A DNA stretch of 57,168 nucleotides. Origin: Girardia tigrina. Its lineage: Eukaryota. The stretch covers positions 3,603 to 60,770 of the forward strand of contig MQRK01246564.1 in assembly GCA_001938485.1 (NCBI GenBank). Reading direction: 5' to 3'. The notes under the pieces were generated by a model. That model did no database searches. It saw only the letters and a program-made list of their open reading frames with translations, and had not been told where the DNA came from. The translations under genes and the position numbers were made by a program. How positions within the stretch are numbered: the first letter of the stretch is position 1; the number at the start of each line of letters is the position of its first letter. Shown here one piece after another: positions 47,173-56,715 of the stretch.

Positions 47173-50100
47173 AAATTCGTGAATTAGGCAAAAAATTGCT
47201 GAAATAGTGTAATTGCCGAATTGAATACCTATATGAAAAATTTTCATTTTAATATGAAAATTAGGTATAGTTCCATACGGGCCCAAACAAAAAATAAAAA
47301 TATCACAATATATAAAATATTATCAACATACCAGAAAAAATATTTTTAAAGTATAAAAAAATTCATCTTTGTAGGAGAATCCAAGAACATGGTCGGAATG
47401 TAGGAGGGAATAATATTGCGGAACAGAAAAATGGTTGTAAGTCGAACGAAAACATAAACAGTAATAATTTTAAAATTCTGTGTTCTCGTTTTAAAAACAA
47501 TTGGGAGAGGGTGGCCTGTGGAGCACTTTATATCAGATCTTTAGATCCTAAGATTAATGTGCAAACGGGCCTCTCAAAAACCCTATTGAGCGTGTTTAGA
47601 TGATATAATAACCCATTGATGACATAATCACTGCTTGCCTGTATAAGCAGATTTAAGATTTTTTTTCTTGAGACCTGACGATGACGGTTATACTGTCGAA
47701 ATTAATTGTCTTAAAAATTAATGTTTATTTAATAAATGGCGTATATTTGTCTTTAAAAATAAGTTTCCATCATTTTTTAATTTTTTGAATAAAAAAATTA
47801 TTCAAAGTTTTTTCAGTAACCTAATTTTTGAGAAAATATCTATATTGATTACATAATCACTACATTCTCCGACTTATTTTCTGTATATTTTTTAATTAAA
47901 CTTGTTTTTTGTCTCATCATTGAAAACTATTTAATATTTTTTCTTATTTTTGCATAGGAAAATTAACTGACAATAATTTAAAAAACAGAAAATTCAAAAA
48001 ATATTCCATTTTAAATATAAAATATATTAAGCATACCTAAAAAATATGAAACAAATTATTAAACATTTATTTCATTCGGAAATCGGGGATTAAATATTTC
48101 ATAAATTAAGTCGAATAATTTCTAGAATAAGTCAGCGATATCAGTGATTACATAATCAATAAATATGTTTTCCGATGATATTTTTGTGACTTAAAAACAT
48201 TTCATATAAATTTTTTTTAAATTTCAAAATTATTTTTCCTGGAATGCTGATAATTTTTTAGATATTGTCATATTTTTTAATTTGCTCGGGCCCGTACGGT
48301 AGTATACCCATTTGGGTTAAATGTAGACGTGTTTTTCGAGTGAATTTGGGTTTTGTGGAGATATATTTATGTTTATTATTTCATCAAAAATGAACATTTT
48401 GACGTTTTGATGTGTGAAGAGTATTGATTGTATTACTATGAGGGGTTAATTTAAATTTGCAAATCGCCAGAATAATTTATTATTTTTGTAATTTAAAAGG
48501 TAAAATATTTTAATGTTAATATGCTTATTAAATATTTTAAAATTAAAAATGATATAATAAAACAACTATTAAAAAATCAAATACGTATTTAAAAATAAAA
48601 TATGTTTTTAATGTGTTTTTTAAATATTTTAAAAATTAAAAATTATATAATAAAAAAATCATAAAAAATTAAATATCTATTTAAAAGTAAAAAAATATCT
48701 TTTTAATGTATCTATTAAATATCTTAAAATTAAAAATGATAAGAAAACTATAAAATATTAAATATTTATTTATAAATAAAAATATTTTTACAATCATAAC
48801 AATTTATATATTTTAATAGAAGTTATGAAACAATTTTTAATAAATTTTAAAATAAATTTTTAGTTTTAATGTGAAAATTATTTAATAAATTTGCAAGATT
48901 TTAAAAATTGAATCGAAAATATTTAATAGATTAATTTGTGGCGAGATAATTGAATTAACAGGAAAATTTGTTTAAATATGTCAATTGTTATATTAATAAA
49001 TTTTGCTGTTAAAAAGTGAATTCAGATATTGATGTTGCAACCACTTCTCACAATTACAATGAAAAATTTTTATAAATTTGGGTTAAAAAAATATTTTTTT
49101 TTAAATCTATAAGTTTATTTTCCTTAAAATATATATTTGCTATTTTCTTGATATTTTATATTATCTAATCAGAATTCTGATAAAGAAGATTTATGTGTTT
49201 GATACAGACGATTCAATTAGTTTTGAGTATTTAATATTTGATCTCTCAATGGTCGATCCACCTGGTGATGTTCAGTCAAGAACGAAACGTAGTGAATTTG
49301 ATTGAAATATATGGTTACTTAAATGTTTTTTTTAAGTATAAAATAAATTTATTACTATTATTATTTATATTTTATTAATATCTAAAATTAAACTAAGTTA
49401 TATTTATATCTATATTTTTATTTTTTTGTGTAATGATTCCTGACAATATTTTTTTTTGACCGAATGTGATCCTGTGTATTTTTTTATTCGTTTTATGTAG
49501 TAATCGTTTTTTTTATGATTGCGTTTATTTTTTTTATTTTTGTTAATTTTTGTGCGGTAAAAAAATTCCTATTTTTTGTTCCAAACAAGAAAATCAAAGG
49601 AAAATATAAAAAATAGAATTTAAAAAGAAGAAGACTAAGAAGATATAATAAATAAGGTATCACGTCAAAACGCCGCAAACAAAAACGCCGCGGACAAAAA
49701 CGCCGCATGACAAAAACGCCGCCGTTTCGACGCTGGGACATTTCAACGCCAGAAATTAGGAATTTTAGGAATAAAATGATTAATTTGTTATTAATTAGGA
49801 ATTAATATTTTTATGTGTTTATATATGCTTTTTGTGTGAAATTTAATTTTAAAAATATGGGGTGTTTATACCCGAATTAATTATTATTATTAATATAAAA
49901 AATAAAAAATTTTAATTAATAAACAAAATTTATTTANNNNNNNNNNNNNNNNNNNNNNNNNNNNNNNNNNNNNNNNNNNNNNNNNNTTATTTGCCCATTG
50001 ATTATTTTTGATTTGAGCTTAATTGCTCAAGATTAATAAAATGACTTGGCATAATTGCCCAAGTCATTTATTAATCACAATTAAAATTTTACGGTGAGAT

Positions 50101-50714
50101 TTTTAATCACAAAATTCCTAATTAATAACAAATTATTTCATTTTATTCCTAAAATTCCTAATTTCTGGCGTTGAAATGTCCCAGCGTCGAAACGGCGGCG
50201 TTTTTGTCTGCGGCGTTTTACCCGCGGCGTTTTTGTTCGCGCCGTTTTTTCACGCGTCGTTTTTGTTCGGGTCGTTTTTGTTCGCGGCTTTTTTGTCATG
50301 CGGCGTTTTTGTTCGCGGCGTTTTGTCGTGGAATCAATAAATAAGCAGAAGGAATATTTTGGAAAATTATATATAAAAAGAATATATATATATATATATA
50401 AATCGATAAATAAATAGATTTAAATTAATTAATAACTACTAATTTGCATTATTACGGAAGACTTTGACGTCGCTATTGTCTATCAATACAAGAAGAAAAA
50501 AAAGCAGACGAAGAAAATTTAAGGAAATAAAAACATTATATTTATCAATAACTGTATTTGCTGTGGTTTAAAGTATTTTATTATCGATTGTAGTTGAGTT
50601 TTTTTTTAATTATAATTATATTTAAATATAATATTTTTTACTATTTAATTAATAAAATATTATAAAAGTAATTTCAATAGAATATTTTTTTATTATTGAA
50701 ATTGCTTTTATTAC

Positions 50715-50764
<50 letters not shown>

Positions 50765-51119
50765 AAATCTAGTTTTAAAATATGTAGAGAAAATATCTCA
50801 TTCCATTTGTGCCCAATTAAAAAAAATATATTGAATTGTCCTAGAACCGAACCGGTTACGCTTCTGGTTTTAATTTAAATCGGCATAATTAGATTAAATC
50901 AATATTTCGTAATCCTCAAGATTTAATTGCGCACTATTTCATTCATTTATCGGGGGACAATAGCAAAGAACTTCTGCGCTTAAAATCTACCTGAAATCGA
51001 ATTTTAACGACGTCCAGCGGCTGTACGACAGCCCTACTGACGAATCCACCACACGCACCAGCGATCGCATAGTCGATTTGTCCGTGTCGAGAATTCGCTA
51101 ATTTTACCGTTTCAAACAT
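24080..51119 (-). CDS. SLC25A19: Mitochondrial thiamine pyrophosphate carrier, 5 coding exons: 51119-50991, 41541-41192, 32472-32273, 24439-24342, 24295-24080
   Basis: Exons join in frame through GT-AG introns (993 nt = 330 aa + stop). Three carrier signatures PLDVVKIRFQ, PFDVFRTRF, PIDIIKKRMQ; subfamily-typical LQVEP, AFWKGH, AAQGEPKIY, QVQGFEEARSKFG. Confidence 0.93.
24342..24439 (-). CDS. SLC25A19: SLC25A19 exon 4
   Basis: GLLQSAFSGGIAGSMAKICVYPIDIIKKRMQVQ, followed by a 46-nt intron. Confidence 0.92.
25177..25595. repeat. Dispersed repeat copy 2 (matches 3081-3505)
   Basis: Same start TGTTGTAAGTTTGTTGTTTGTATGCTGTTTAGA and colinear similarity. Confidence 0.75.
25950..26880 (-). mobile_element. 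Heavily degenerate mariner transposase
   Basis: QWFAEFRRGQCSLEDEARSG, KISERLIPHRLTNE, IVTG, SHQFDSPDL..DF..F, YESQENIIDAVKELI. Confidence 0.75.
28936..29235 (-). mobile_element. Tc1 element 3' end with TIR
   Basis: TA|CAGTGGTGGCCAAA TIR; C-terminus DLKAKVKVVWTEKISQRRCKNLVNSMSDRIRAVIATKGCPTHY*. Confidence 0.85.
29470..29710 (+). mobile_element. Tc1 transposase internal DDE fragment
   Basis: VGPLRF..., YRLTLRENLPE, DG..QTAKHV..F...G.TLLVLWPGNSPDL. Confidence 0.7.
29711..32160 (-). mobile_element. Gypsy/Ty3 LTR retrotransposon relic (PBS, gag, CCHC, protease, integrase; RT deleted)
   Basis: ...AACA|TGGCGACGAG PBS at 32064-32055; gag from 31969; CYSCGK; FLIDTGSQVTII; HSGIVRMR..R..IWWP..D.D....V.NC; LHLD, LIVIDSFS, VCDN, PVYH. 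Confidence 0.88.
30262..30750 (-). mobile_element. TIR-less internal segment of the mellifera-type mariner inserted in the Gypsy pol
   Basis: Near-identical to about 32780-33265 (EPAKTIPKAEIHQ ... KLPERWKK). Confidence 0.9.
32273..32472 (-). CDS. SLC25A19: SLC25A19 exon 3
   Basis: SLLSAIVMISKNEGLRGLFRGLVPSVLLVAPQTGFQFFFYN...HKI; phases match the neighbouring exons. Confidence 0.92.
32675..33955 (-). mobile_element. Full-length degenerate mariner, mellifera subfamily
   Basis: TIR TTGGGTTGGCCAAAAAGTCATTGCGTTTTT, TA TSDs; MENQNVHIRHVLLHYSRKGK, TGDEK, HDNARP, YSPDLAPSDFHLF; several stops and frameshifts. Confidence 0.95.
36276..36518. mobile_element. piggyBac-type MITE
   Basis: TTAA|CCCTTAAATGCATGAT ... 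ATCATGCATTAAAGGG|TTAA. Confidence 0.85.
36793..37556. mobile_element. Tigger/pogo-like non-autonomous element
   Basis: TA|CAC...GGATATAATA and TATTATATCCGGAAGTTACTG|TA ends with repeated ATCGGTTATAATAA subterminal motifs. Confidence 0.6.
37465..37781. repeat. Two adjacent near-perfect palindromes (37465-37663 and 37676-37781)
   Basis: Arms of about 90 bp and about 50 bp are reverse complements around AT-only centres. Confidence 0.9.
38230..38817 (-). other. Probable rDNA ITS1 relic, interrupted by a retroelement fragment
   Basis: Directly follows the 18S 3' end on the minus strand; the far boundary is approximate. Confidence 0.55.
38446..38693 (-). mobile_element. GC-rich retroelement fragment (RTE-type UTR/SINE-like) ending in (CCTGA)n
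   Basis: Composition shift, terminal pentanucleotide repeats, T-runs on both flanks; family assignment from memory of RTE 5' UTRs only. Confidence 0.45.
38818..38964 (-). rRNA. 18S rRNA 3'-end pseudogene (orphon)
   Basis: Minus strand reads GATTGAATGGTTTGGTGAG...CAAACTTGATCATTTAGAAGCAGTTAAAGTCGTAACAAAGTTTCGGTAAGTGGACCTGCGAAAGGATCATTA, a mutated version of the universal 18S terminus AAGTCGTAACAAGGTTTCCGTAGGTGAACCTGCGGAAGGATCATTA. Confidence 0.93.
39461..39696. repeat. Two about 77-bp hairpin-containing repeats separated/followed by unique hairpin spacers
   Basis: Units 39461-39538 and 39573-39649 share CTGACGCTAATGGG-loop-CCCATT..CGTCAG; runs into an N gap. Confidence 0.8.
40540..40780 (-). 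mobile_element. C2H2 zinc-finger relic, possibly the C-terminus of a non-LTR (RTE) ORF
   Basis: PCRYCG ... FRCPFTNCTKCAYTAKALQNHGSRDH (C-x4-C-x12-H-x4-H), with a stop in between. Confidence 0.45.
41192..41541 (-). CDS. SLC25A19: SLC25A19 exon 2
   Basis: LQVEPIQKNTDGKYKGIIQAVRCILKEEGLKAFWKGH...QPFDVFRTRFAAQGEPKIYP. Confidence 0.95.
42890..43240 (-). pseudogene. Orphan 5' coding fragment of an unidentified gene embedded in the hAT
   Basis: About 116 open codons (MNWNFINTANETQIDRFV...VDNLLRP) with CpG-rich codon usage like the SLC25A19 5' exons, preceded by an AT-rich promoter-like tract. Confidence 0.55.
44252..44900. repeat. About 265-bp inverted duplication (44252-44516 / 44632-44900)
   Basis: Arms are clear reverse complements; the spacer holds a duplicated GATGGGTTGTAGTGTC. 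Confidence 0.9.
45290..45615. mobile_element. MITE with about 90-bp inverted arms
   Basis: AAAACAATCTGAAATCTCATCGATGCA... / ...TGCATCGATGAGATTTCAGATTGTTTT. Confidence 0.75.
45934..45974 (+). ncRNA. Degenerate minimal hammerhead motif
   Basis: CTGGTGA-T-GGGAT loop ATTTC-GAAA-CGCG-TT; core A6 changed to G, stem I 3' strand lost. Confidence 0.45.
46338..47169. repeat. (TA)n microsatellite spanning an N gap
   Basis: TA runs on both gap edges. Confidence 0.9.
47364..47760 (+). mobile_element. Penelope-like retroelement 3' end (GIY-YIG C-half + pLTR)
   Basis: HLCRRIQEH...IAE...C...INSNNFKIL...NWERVACGALYIRSLDPKINVQ...VFR* (stop 47601-47603), then a hammerhead and AATAAA. Confidence 0.85.
47668..47714 (+). 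ncRNA. Minimal type I hammerhead ribozyme (Penelope-associated)
   Basis: TTGAGAC (stem I) CTGACGA T GACGG-ttata-CTGTC (stem II) GAAA TTAA (palindromic stem III) TT / GTCTTAA (stem I'). Confidence 0.8.
49256..49297 (+). ncRNA. Minimal hammerhead motif with a core mutation
   Basis: ATCCAC CTGGTGA T GTTC-agtcaa-GAAC GAAA CG TA / GTGAAT. Confidence 0.65.
49656..50335. mobile_element. MULE (Mutator)-like non-autonomous element with 9-bp TSD
   Basis: TSD AATAAATAA at 49647-49655 and 50336-50344; long TIRs built of AAAAACGCCGC repeats plus the AT-rich 40-mer. Confidence 0.85.
50991..51119 (-). CDS. SLC25A19: SLC25A19 exon 1 (coding start)
   Basis: MFETVKLANSRHGQIDYAIAGACGGFVSRAVVQPLDVVKIRFQ|GTAGAT; a possible 66-nt 5'UTR intron lies at 51194-51129. 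Confidence 0.93.
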
Positions 51120-51983
51120 CAAAATAAACTGAAAAAATTTTTTTTTCGATTTCTCTTTTTTTCGTGTAGAAAAAAACCAAATCAATCAATACACCTTGAA
51201 ATAAAAATCCAGAAAAACGTAAATCATGTCATATTTTTGATTTAAACCATTTTTCAAATATTTAAACAATAATAATTTAAACATTCTAATTTATATTAAC
51301 AATTTTTCATTGGGGAAATATTAAGATTGTTAGTTTTGTTTTTTGTAAATCTTTTTCGTAAAAATAATTTGGGAATTTACTAAATTTTTTATATATATAA
51401 TTTTTTTTAAACTTTAATTTGATCAAAATAATTACATTAATGTTAATTACAAATATTTTTTGACTAAATAAGCATTTACCATTTATTGTGAACACCAAAA
51501 TAATTTTCTACGCTTATTATTATCACAATTGAAATATTTTAGCATAATTCTCAGTAAAACTTTCGTAATTCGACATCTAGTTAAATTTATAAGATTTTTG
51601 ATAATAATTAAAATTATTTATTTATATATTTTGATATTTTATTTTTTAATTGAAAATGTAAATATTCCTGAACAATTAATCATCACGAACATCCAAAATA
51701 CAAATTTCCTATCTGGGTGGGAGAAGCACATTTCCGAATACCAGGCTCAACATACAAAATTTACAATATTCTTCACAACTTTAAGTATTTTCTATCAAAA
51801 GACAACAATTAAAATCAAAGTTATTATTGCAATTTTTAATTCTCCCATACTTATTACATTGATTGATTTAAACAATCTCAGTAGTTTTATATATTCAAAA
51901 TCCTTTATATAGTTTTATTTATAATATATAAATATCTATAGGTAACTTGGTTTATAAGATTGATACAAATTTTGTAAAGTTTT

Positions 51984-52012
<29 letters not shown>

Positions 52013-52021
<9 letters not shown>

Positions 52022-52301
52022 TAAATTATTACGTCATTTATTTGTGGCACCTCACACTCTTGATTTTTTTGTTATGTGTATTATGGCTAAATTGTTTTTG
52101 TATATGTTTATTTTATGTAATTGGCTAGTAAAGAAAATCGAAGAAAGAAAGGACGTAATAATATATACATTAAATTATTACGTCATTTATTTGTGGCACC
52201 TCACACTCTTGATTTTTTTGTTATGTGTATTATGGCTAAATTGTTTTTGTATATGTTTATTTTATGTATTTGGCTAGTAAAGAAAATCGAAGAAAGAAAG
52301 G
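52013..52301. repeat. About 149-bp tandem duplication
   Basis: 52013-52151 repeated almost exactly at 52162-52301. Confidence 0.9.
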
Positions 52302-54176
52302 GCAAAGACGGAATTTCGAAAGAAAGATTATTTTTAAATTAATATTATATAATTAGAAATATAATAGGATTTTAAAAATTGATTTTACGATAGTAAGATC
52401 TGATTGATCGAAATATCCATCATAAAATTAGAAATTTAATTCCGAGTTGAGTAGTGATTACACCTTTAAGTTACAGAAAATTTTATTTTTATTCTCCTTT
52501 CTATCTTGTTGATTGGATTGTTGTCTTTAGGTAGTGTAATATATTTTTTATTTTACGATATGTTTGTTTGCGATTTTGTTAGGGTTTTGGAAAATGCATA
52601 TGAACACTTCTTGATAAAATTTTATATAAGTAAAAATTTAAAATAATTCTTTTGGTAAAATTATTAATTTCAAATAAAATAATATTTAGTTTAANNAAAC
52701 TTGGAATTAAAAATTATAAATGTTTGTTTTACTTCATCAAAAATTATAAATATTTTAGTCTTTGTTTTATCTCATCAATTTTCAAGGCTGATGAAAACTG
52801 CTATATAAACAGCAGCAAATCTAGTTTTAGTTTGCCCAAAAATATCTGCAAGAAATTTAATCAAGAAGAAGTCGCTTCAACAAGTAACGTAAATACAAAA
52901 CTTATTTCATTTTTATTTTATTCTTTTAAAATATTGTTAAACCTTAAGTACCACGTATGGGATAAGAGGGTTTAATTTAAAGAGTACAATATCGTTCGTT
53001 TTGTGAGATTCACAGTTTTTACTGTAATCTATTAACTCGTACGAAATATTTTTTTGTGTTTGTGTTCTGTCATCAAGAATTGAATTATTATTATTATTTT
53101 TGACTTGTTAATTTTTGTTATTTGAAATAAAGTTTCATAAAAGAATTTGTGTTCATTATTCATATATTTATGTTGGAAGTCCCTTCTGATTAATTGGAGT
53201 CAGATCAAAGATTAAAGATTATTGATTAAAGAATAGAGATTTACGATTAAAGATTTGTGTTTAAAGAGTGAATATTGAGATTAAAGATAATTTTAATACC
53301 CCAACAATTTATTTTACTGTAATTTTTTTTATTTTTTATATTTGTTTGACAAGAAGGGTCAAAGGAAGCGGAAGAGATGTGAATTATATTTTTTATAATG
53401 AAAGAGCGAAGGAATGAATGAAGATGGAGTTTTGGGAAAAAAAAGACCCCATCAGTAAAAGTTAAAAGAAAATAAAATCAGAAAGAAAAGGAAAATCAGA
53501 GCTATAAGTCATCGTTATAAATTAATTAAAAATTGCTACTAGCAATATAAAATATTTTAAAATTGTGATCGATAATCAATGACAAATATTTTTATGACTT
53601 TCTGAGTTATTATGTTTTGATAACTTTAGCATTGTTTGTCAGATTTCGAAACATTTAGTAGAACAAATTGCTATTTTCCATTATCTGTTCTGAAGTTGTA
53701 TTCTATTCACCTAATTATTTTACGATCTAAATTATTATATCGAATCCGTCATCAATCACCTCGATACTACTAACTCACTCTATACCGTGATAACGTAGTA
53801 TATTTGACAATTGCTTATTCATTTTATCGTTGTTGATAAAAGAAACAAGAGAGAATTATTTCACTGTGAGGTTATATTTATTATTGGTTTATACGTTTGA
53901 TTTGTGATATTTTTTGTTAAACAAACATAGAATAGTTTCATCAATATATCATTATTTATTGAAACACTCGTGTTCTTTTCTGAGATTTCATAATCAACAA
54001 TAAAAATCGGTTTATGTCATAATTGTATTTTATAGGATAATTATCCCTAAATAAACTGACTTTTACAATAATTAGAAAAATAATAAGATTTTAAAAATTG
54101 ATATAGTAAGATCCGATTGATCAAAATATCAATCATAAAATTAGAAATTTAAGTCCGAGTTGAAATATTCTATTAT

Positions 54177-54565
54177 TCACGCTTCCTTTTGGATTATCGG
54201 CTTCAGAAACTGAGGAAAAAGCGCTAAATTCTTGCTTACGATAGAATTTGTCAATGCAATTATAAAAAAATATTCAATGTACTCGAAGGAGAGCGGAAAT
54301 TTTAGTACCTGATTGTTAGTTATTATCGTGCTTGATGGCTGAAAGATGGGGCCAATCAAGTATCCCGAACATTATTTTAACCTTGGTGGTCCTGGGTTCG
54401 ATAGTTATCGGTATTTTCATCGGTTGTTTTGATCGCCGGGTCGATCGTGTCCACGTCCACGAGTGGATCGTTTGGCTCCGCGATAGATCCATAATTGAAG
54501 TTCGGCGGAAAAGAAAGCCGTCGATTGTTGCGATCAGCGTAAATGGGTAAAATTCAGTCAATAAG
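54177..54565 (-). pseudogene. Decayed intron-containing fragment of an unidentified gene
   Basis: TEFYPFTLIATIDGF (frameshift) SFPPNFNYGSIAEPNDPLVDVDTIDPAIKTTDENTDNYRTQDHQ, then a 43-nt GT-AG intron-like stretch, a short exon with a stop, and a second intron-like stretch. Confidence 0.4.
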
Positions 54566-55454
54566 TTCAATTGAAAAATATTTCAAACGAAAAAGATTTA
54601 TTAAAACAAAACCATTGTGTTTCTTTATCAACAAATCAACATTTAAAAAGGGAATTTTTACACTGATCAGAAATTTTAACAGAGAAAAAAAATAAATACA
54701 ATACCAATTTTGGAATTTAAATAATTTTTTGTTTTCGTTACGGATATGTTAAATTTTTCGTTTGTGAGATTTATTTTGTGGGTTAATTTGGAACTTTTTT
54801 CCTTATTTATGTAAATGGAAGTGTGGTGGTACACAATAGTTATCTTGACCAAGTTATTGATCACGTGACTCAAATATTTTTTTAACTGTGAAATATCTTG
54901 TTCATCCCTTCTTTTTAATTTTACTGTTTAATAAAGGTTTTTGTTGTAAATATGTTTATTATAATTATATTTTTTAGTATTTATAAAAATTAAATTTATC
55001 AATGGAAAGCAGTTTTTAATCCTCATTCGGACGGCATATATATCAATCATATTTCGGTCTCATTTTTACTTCTGGAGACAACCATGAAATAATACAATGT
55101 CTAGACTTCTCAACACATGAAATTTCATCAAACGACATTTCATCATACCGAAATATACCCAGTAAATTCAAAAAATTAAAAAAATAAATTTAAAATAAAC
55201 AATTAATTATAATTTAATTTTAAATAATATATTTTTAAAAATTTATTTCTATTTTGTAGATAACAAATGAAATTTTAAAAATAATTTAAAAGATAATAAA
55301 GATATTGTGAGAGTAAATGACGATAAATTGATCAACGATTGAATTATTGTTATGTTTAAATTCTTGTTAAAACGTGTCGAATTTGAACTTAAGTTAAACA
55401 AGTTTTTCAGCATTTCATCTTTCTCATTCTCTATCAACAAGCTATAGCAGCTAC

Positions 55455-56370
55455 ATGAAAACATTTAAAATAGTTCCTGCATTCGACGGACGCGATAATG
55501 TAACCATGTGGATCGAACGATTCCGTGAATTCGTCGAAACGCTTCGTGAAGATAAACAAGCAATGCTACCACATGCTCTTTTTTCGTTTTCCAAGGATGT
55601 AATGAATTAGTGAAGAAAGACTTCGAAAAGAGCGCTGTGGCACTCACTAAGTCATTTGCGCAGAACCTGACAATGTCGTGGGCAACTTTTGCTTCGTGTT
55701 TCTTGGAGAATGGAAAGAGAGTAGACTATTTTATGGTGGACTTTTAGCGGATTTCCGCCGTGATTTTCTGGGGTACCTGCGGCGGAGATGTATTCGTAGC
55801 TCAAGCATTCATAGACGGGCTGCCCGAGGCGGCCATGAAAAATGTGTAAAATGCGAAAAACCTGGATGGGTTGGTCCGAATTCACGTGGAGTCACTGATG
55901 TCATCGTAGCCAGGGGAAAACGGCCCGGGAAACGGCATCGGTCGGTGGAATAAAATGCTTCTGTTGCGGAGGAAGCGGGCACATTGCACGAGAATGTGCG
56001 ACCGGAAGACGGCAGCTGAGATCGGTAACCGAACAAGCCGGTTTGAGGAGTCTACAATGCTACTATTGCGGTCGGACGGCTGACGTCGTGAGATTATGTC
56101 GTAGTGTTAACTCCAAACCGGTTGGAAACGATCGTCAGGCTCACACTGCTACGCGGGTAAAGGGCCTCGACTTGGCAACGTGTGAATAATGATCATTTCA
56201 GCAACTGTGGGCGGTAGGGTATGTAAATAATCAATAATCTAGTAGTAAATTGGAGCTGCACACATCACCCACAGTGTAGATAAGTTATCTCTGGTTGTTA
56301 GTTGCTTATTAGTCACAATAAGTTTCGTCATCGGTTGGAATTGATTTAAGTCGATGAGCCGTGTGACATA
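55455..56370 (+). mobile_element. LTR retrotransposon relic: gag with two CCHC knuckles, PPT-like tract and probable short 3' LTR (about 56222-56368)
   Basis: VPAFDGRDNVTMWIERF, AFIDGLPE, IKCFCCGGSGHIAREC, LQCYYCGRTADVVRLC; GGGCGGTAGGGTA then TGT...ACA. Confidence 0.8.
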
Positions 56371-56523
56371 GATGAGTCTGTATGCCCTTGTAAGTTCATG
56401 TATGACAGGACAAGTTTTACATTTTAAAAATTTTATGCCAGCTGATCTGATCGAGTCGACTTTATTTCGTTGTTAAAATTAGTACTGGCTTTAAATATGA
56501 ATTATATCGAATTTCCGATTTAG

Positions 56524-56715
56524 TTATGGTCTCAGTTGATTCTTAGGTCTAATCACGAAATTGGTGCTTAATAGGATCAACAAATAGAGTACTTTGACGA
56601 CAAAATCGAGTTTCCACTGTCCGAGAGCAACCAGAGGGATCAGAATGACTCTTGACGCCAGAAATACGAGATTTATCAGAACAAATACGGATTTAATGGT
56701 GAAATGACACGACAT
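56524..56715 (-). pseudogene. Second tetraspanin-like N-terminal fragment (TM1 only), decayed
   Basis: MSCHFTIKSVFVLINLVFLASRVILIPLVALGQWKLDFVVKVLY parallels TM1-W-F-K of the 20711 ORF. Confidence 0.5.

Larger units (their letters stand above)
47264..48308. mobile_element. Fold-back MITE with long imperfect TIRs, carrying a Penelope fragment
   Basis: GGTATAGTTCCATACGGGCCC / GGGCCCGTACGGTAGTATACC ends; inner arms about 47830-47885 vs 48120-48170. Confidence 0.7.

Noticed and set aside
46264-47286. Long ORFs of 284-340 aa (also those at 5176, 5252, 20826, 21876, 22000, 39643, 39671)
   Set aside because: Artefacts of N gaps and (TA)n runs.
51529-51912. 127-aa hydrophobic ORF divergent from SLC25A19
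   Set aside because: I/F/K/N-rich low-complexity translation of AT-rich DNA, non-ATG start, no motif.
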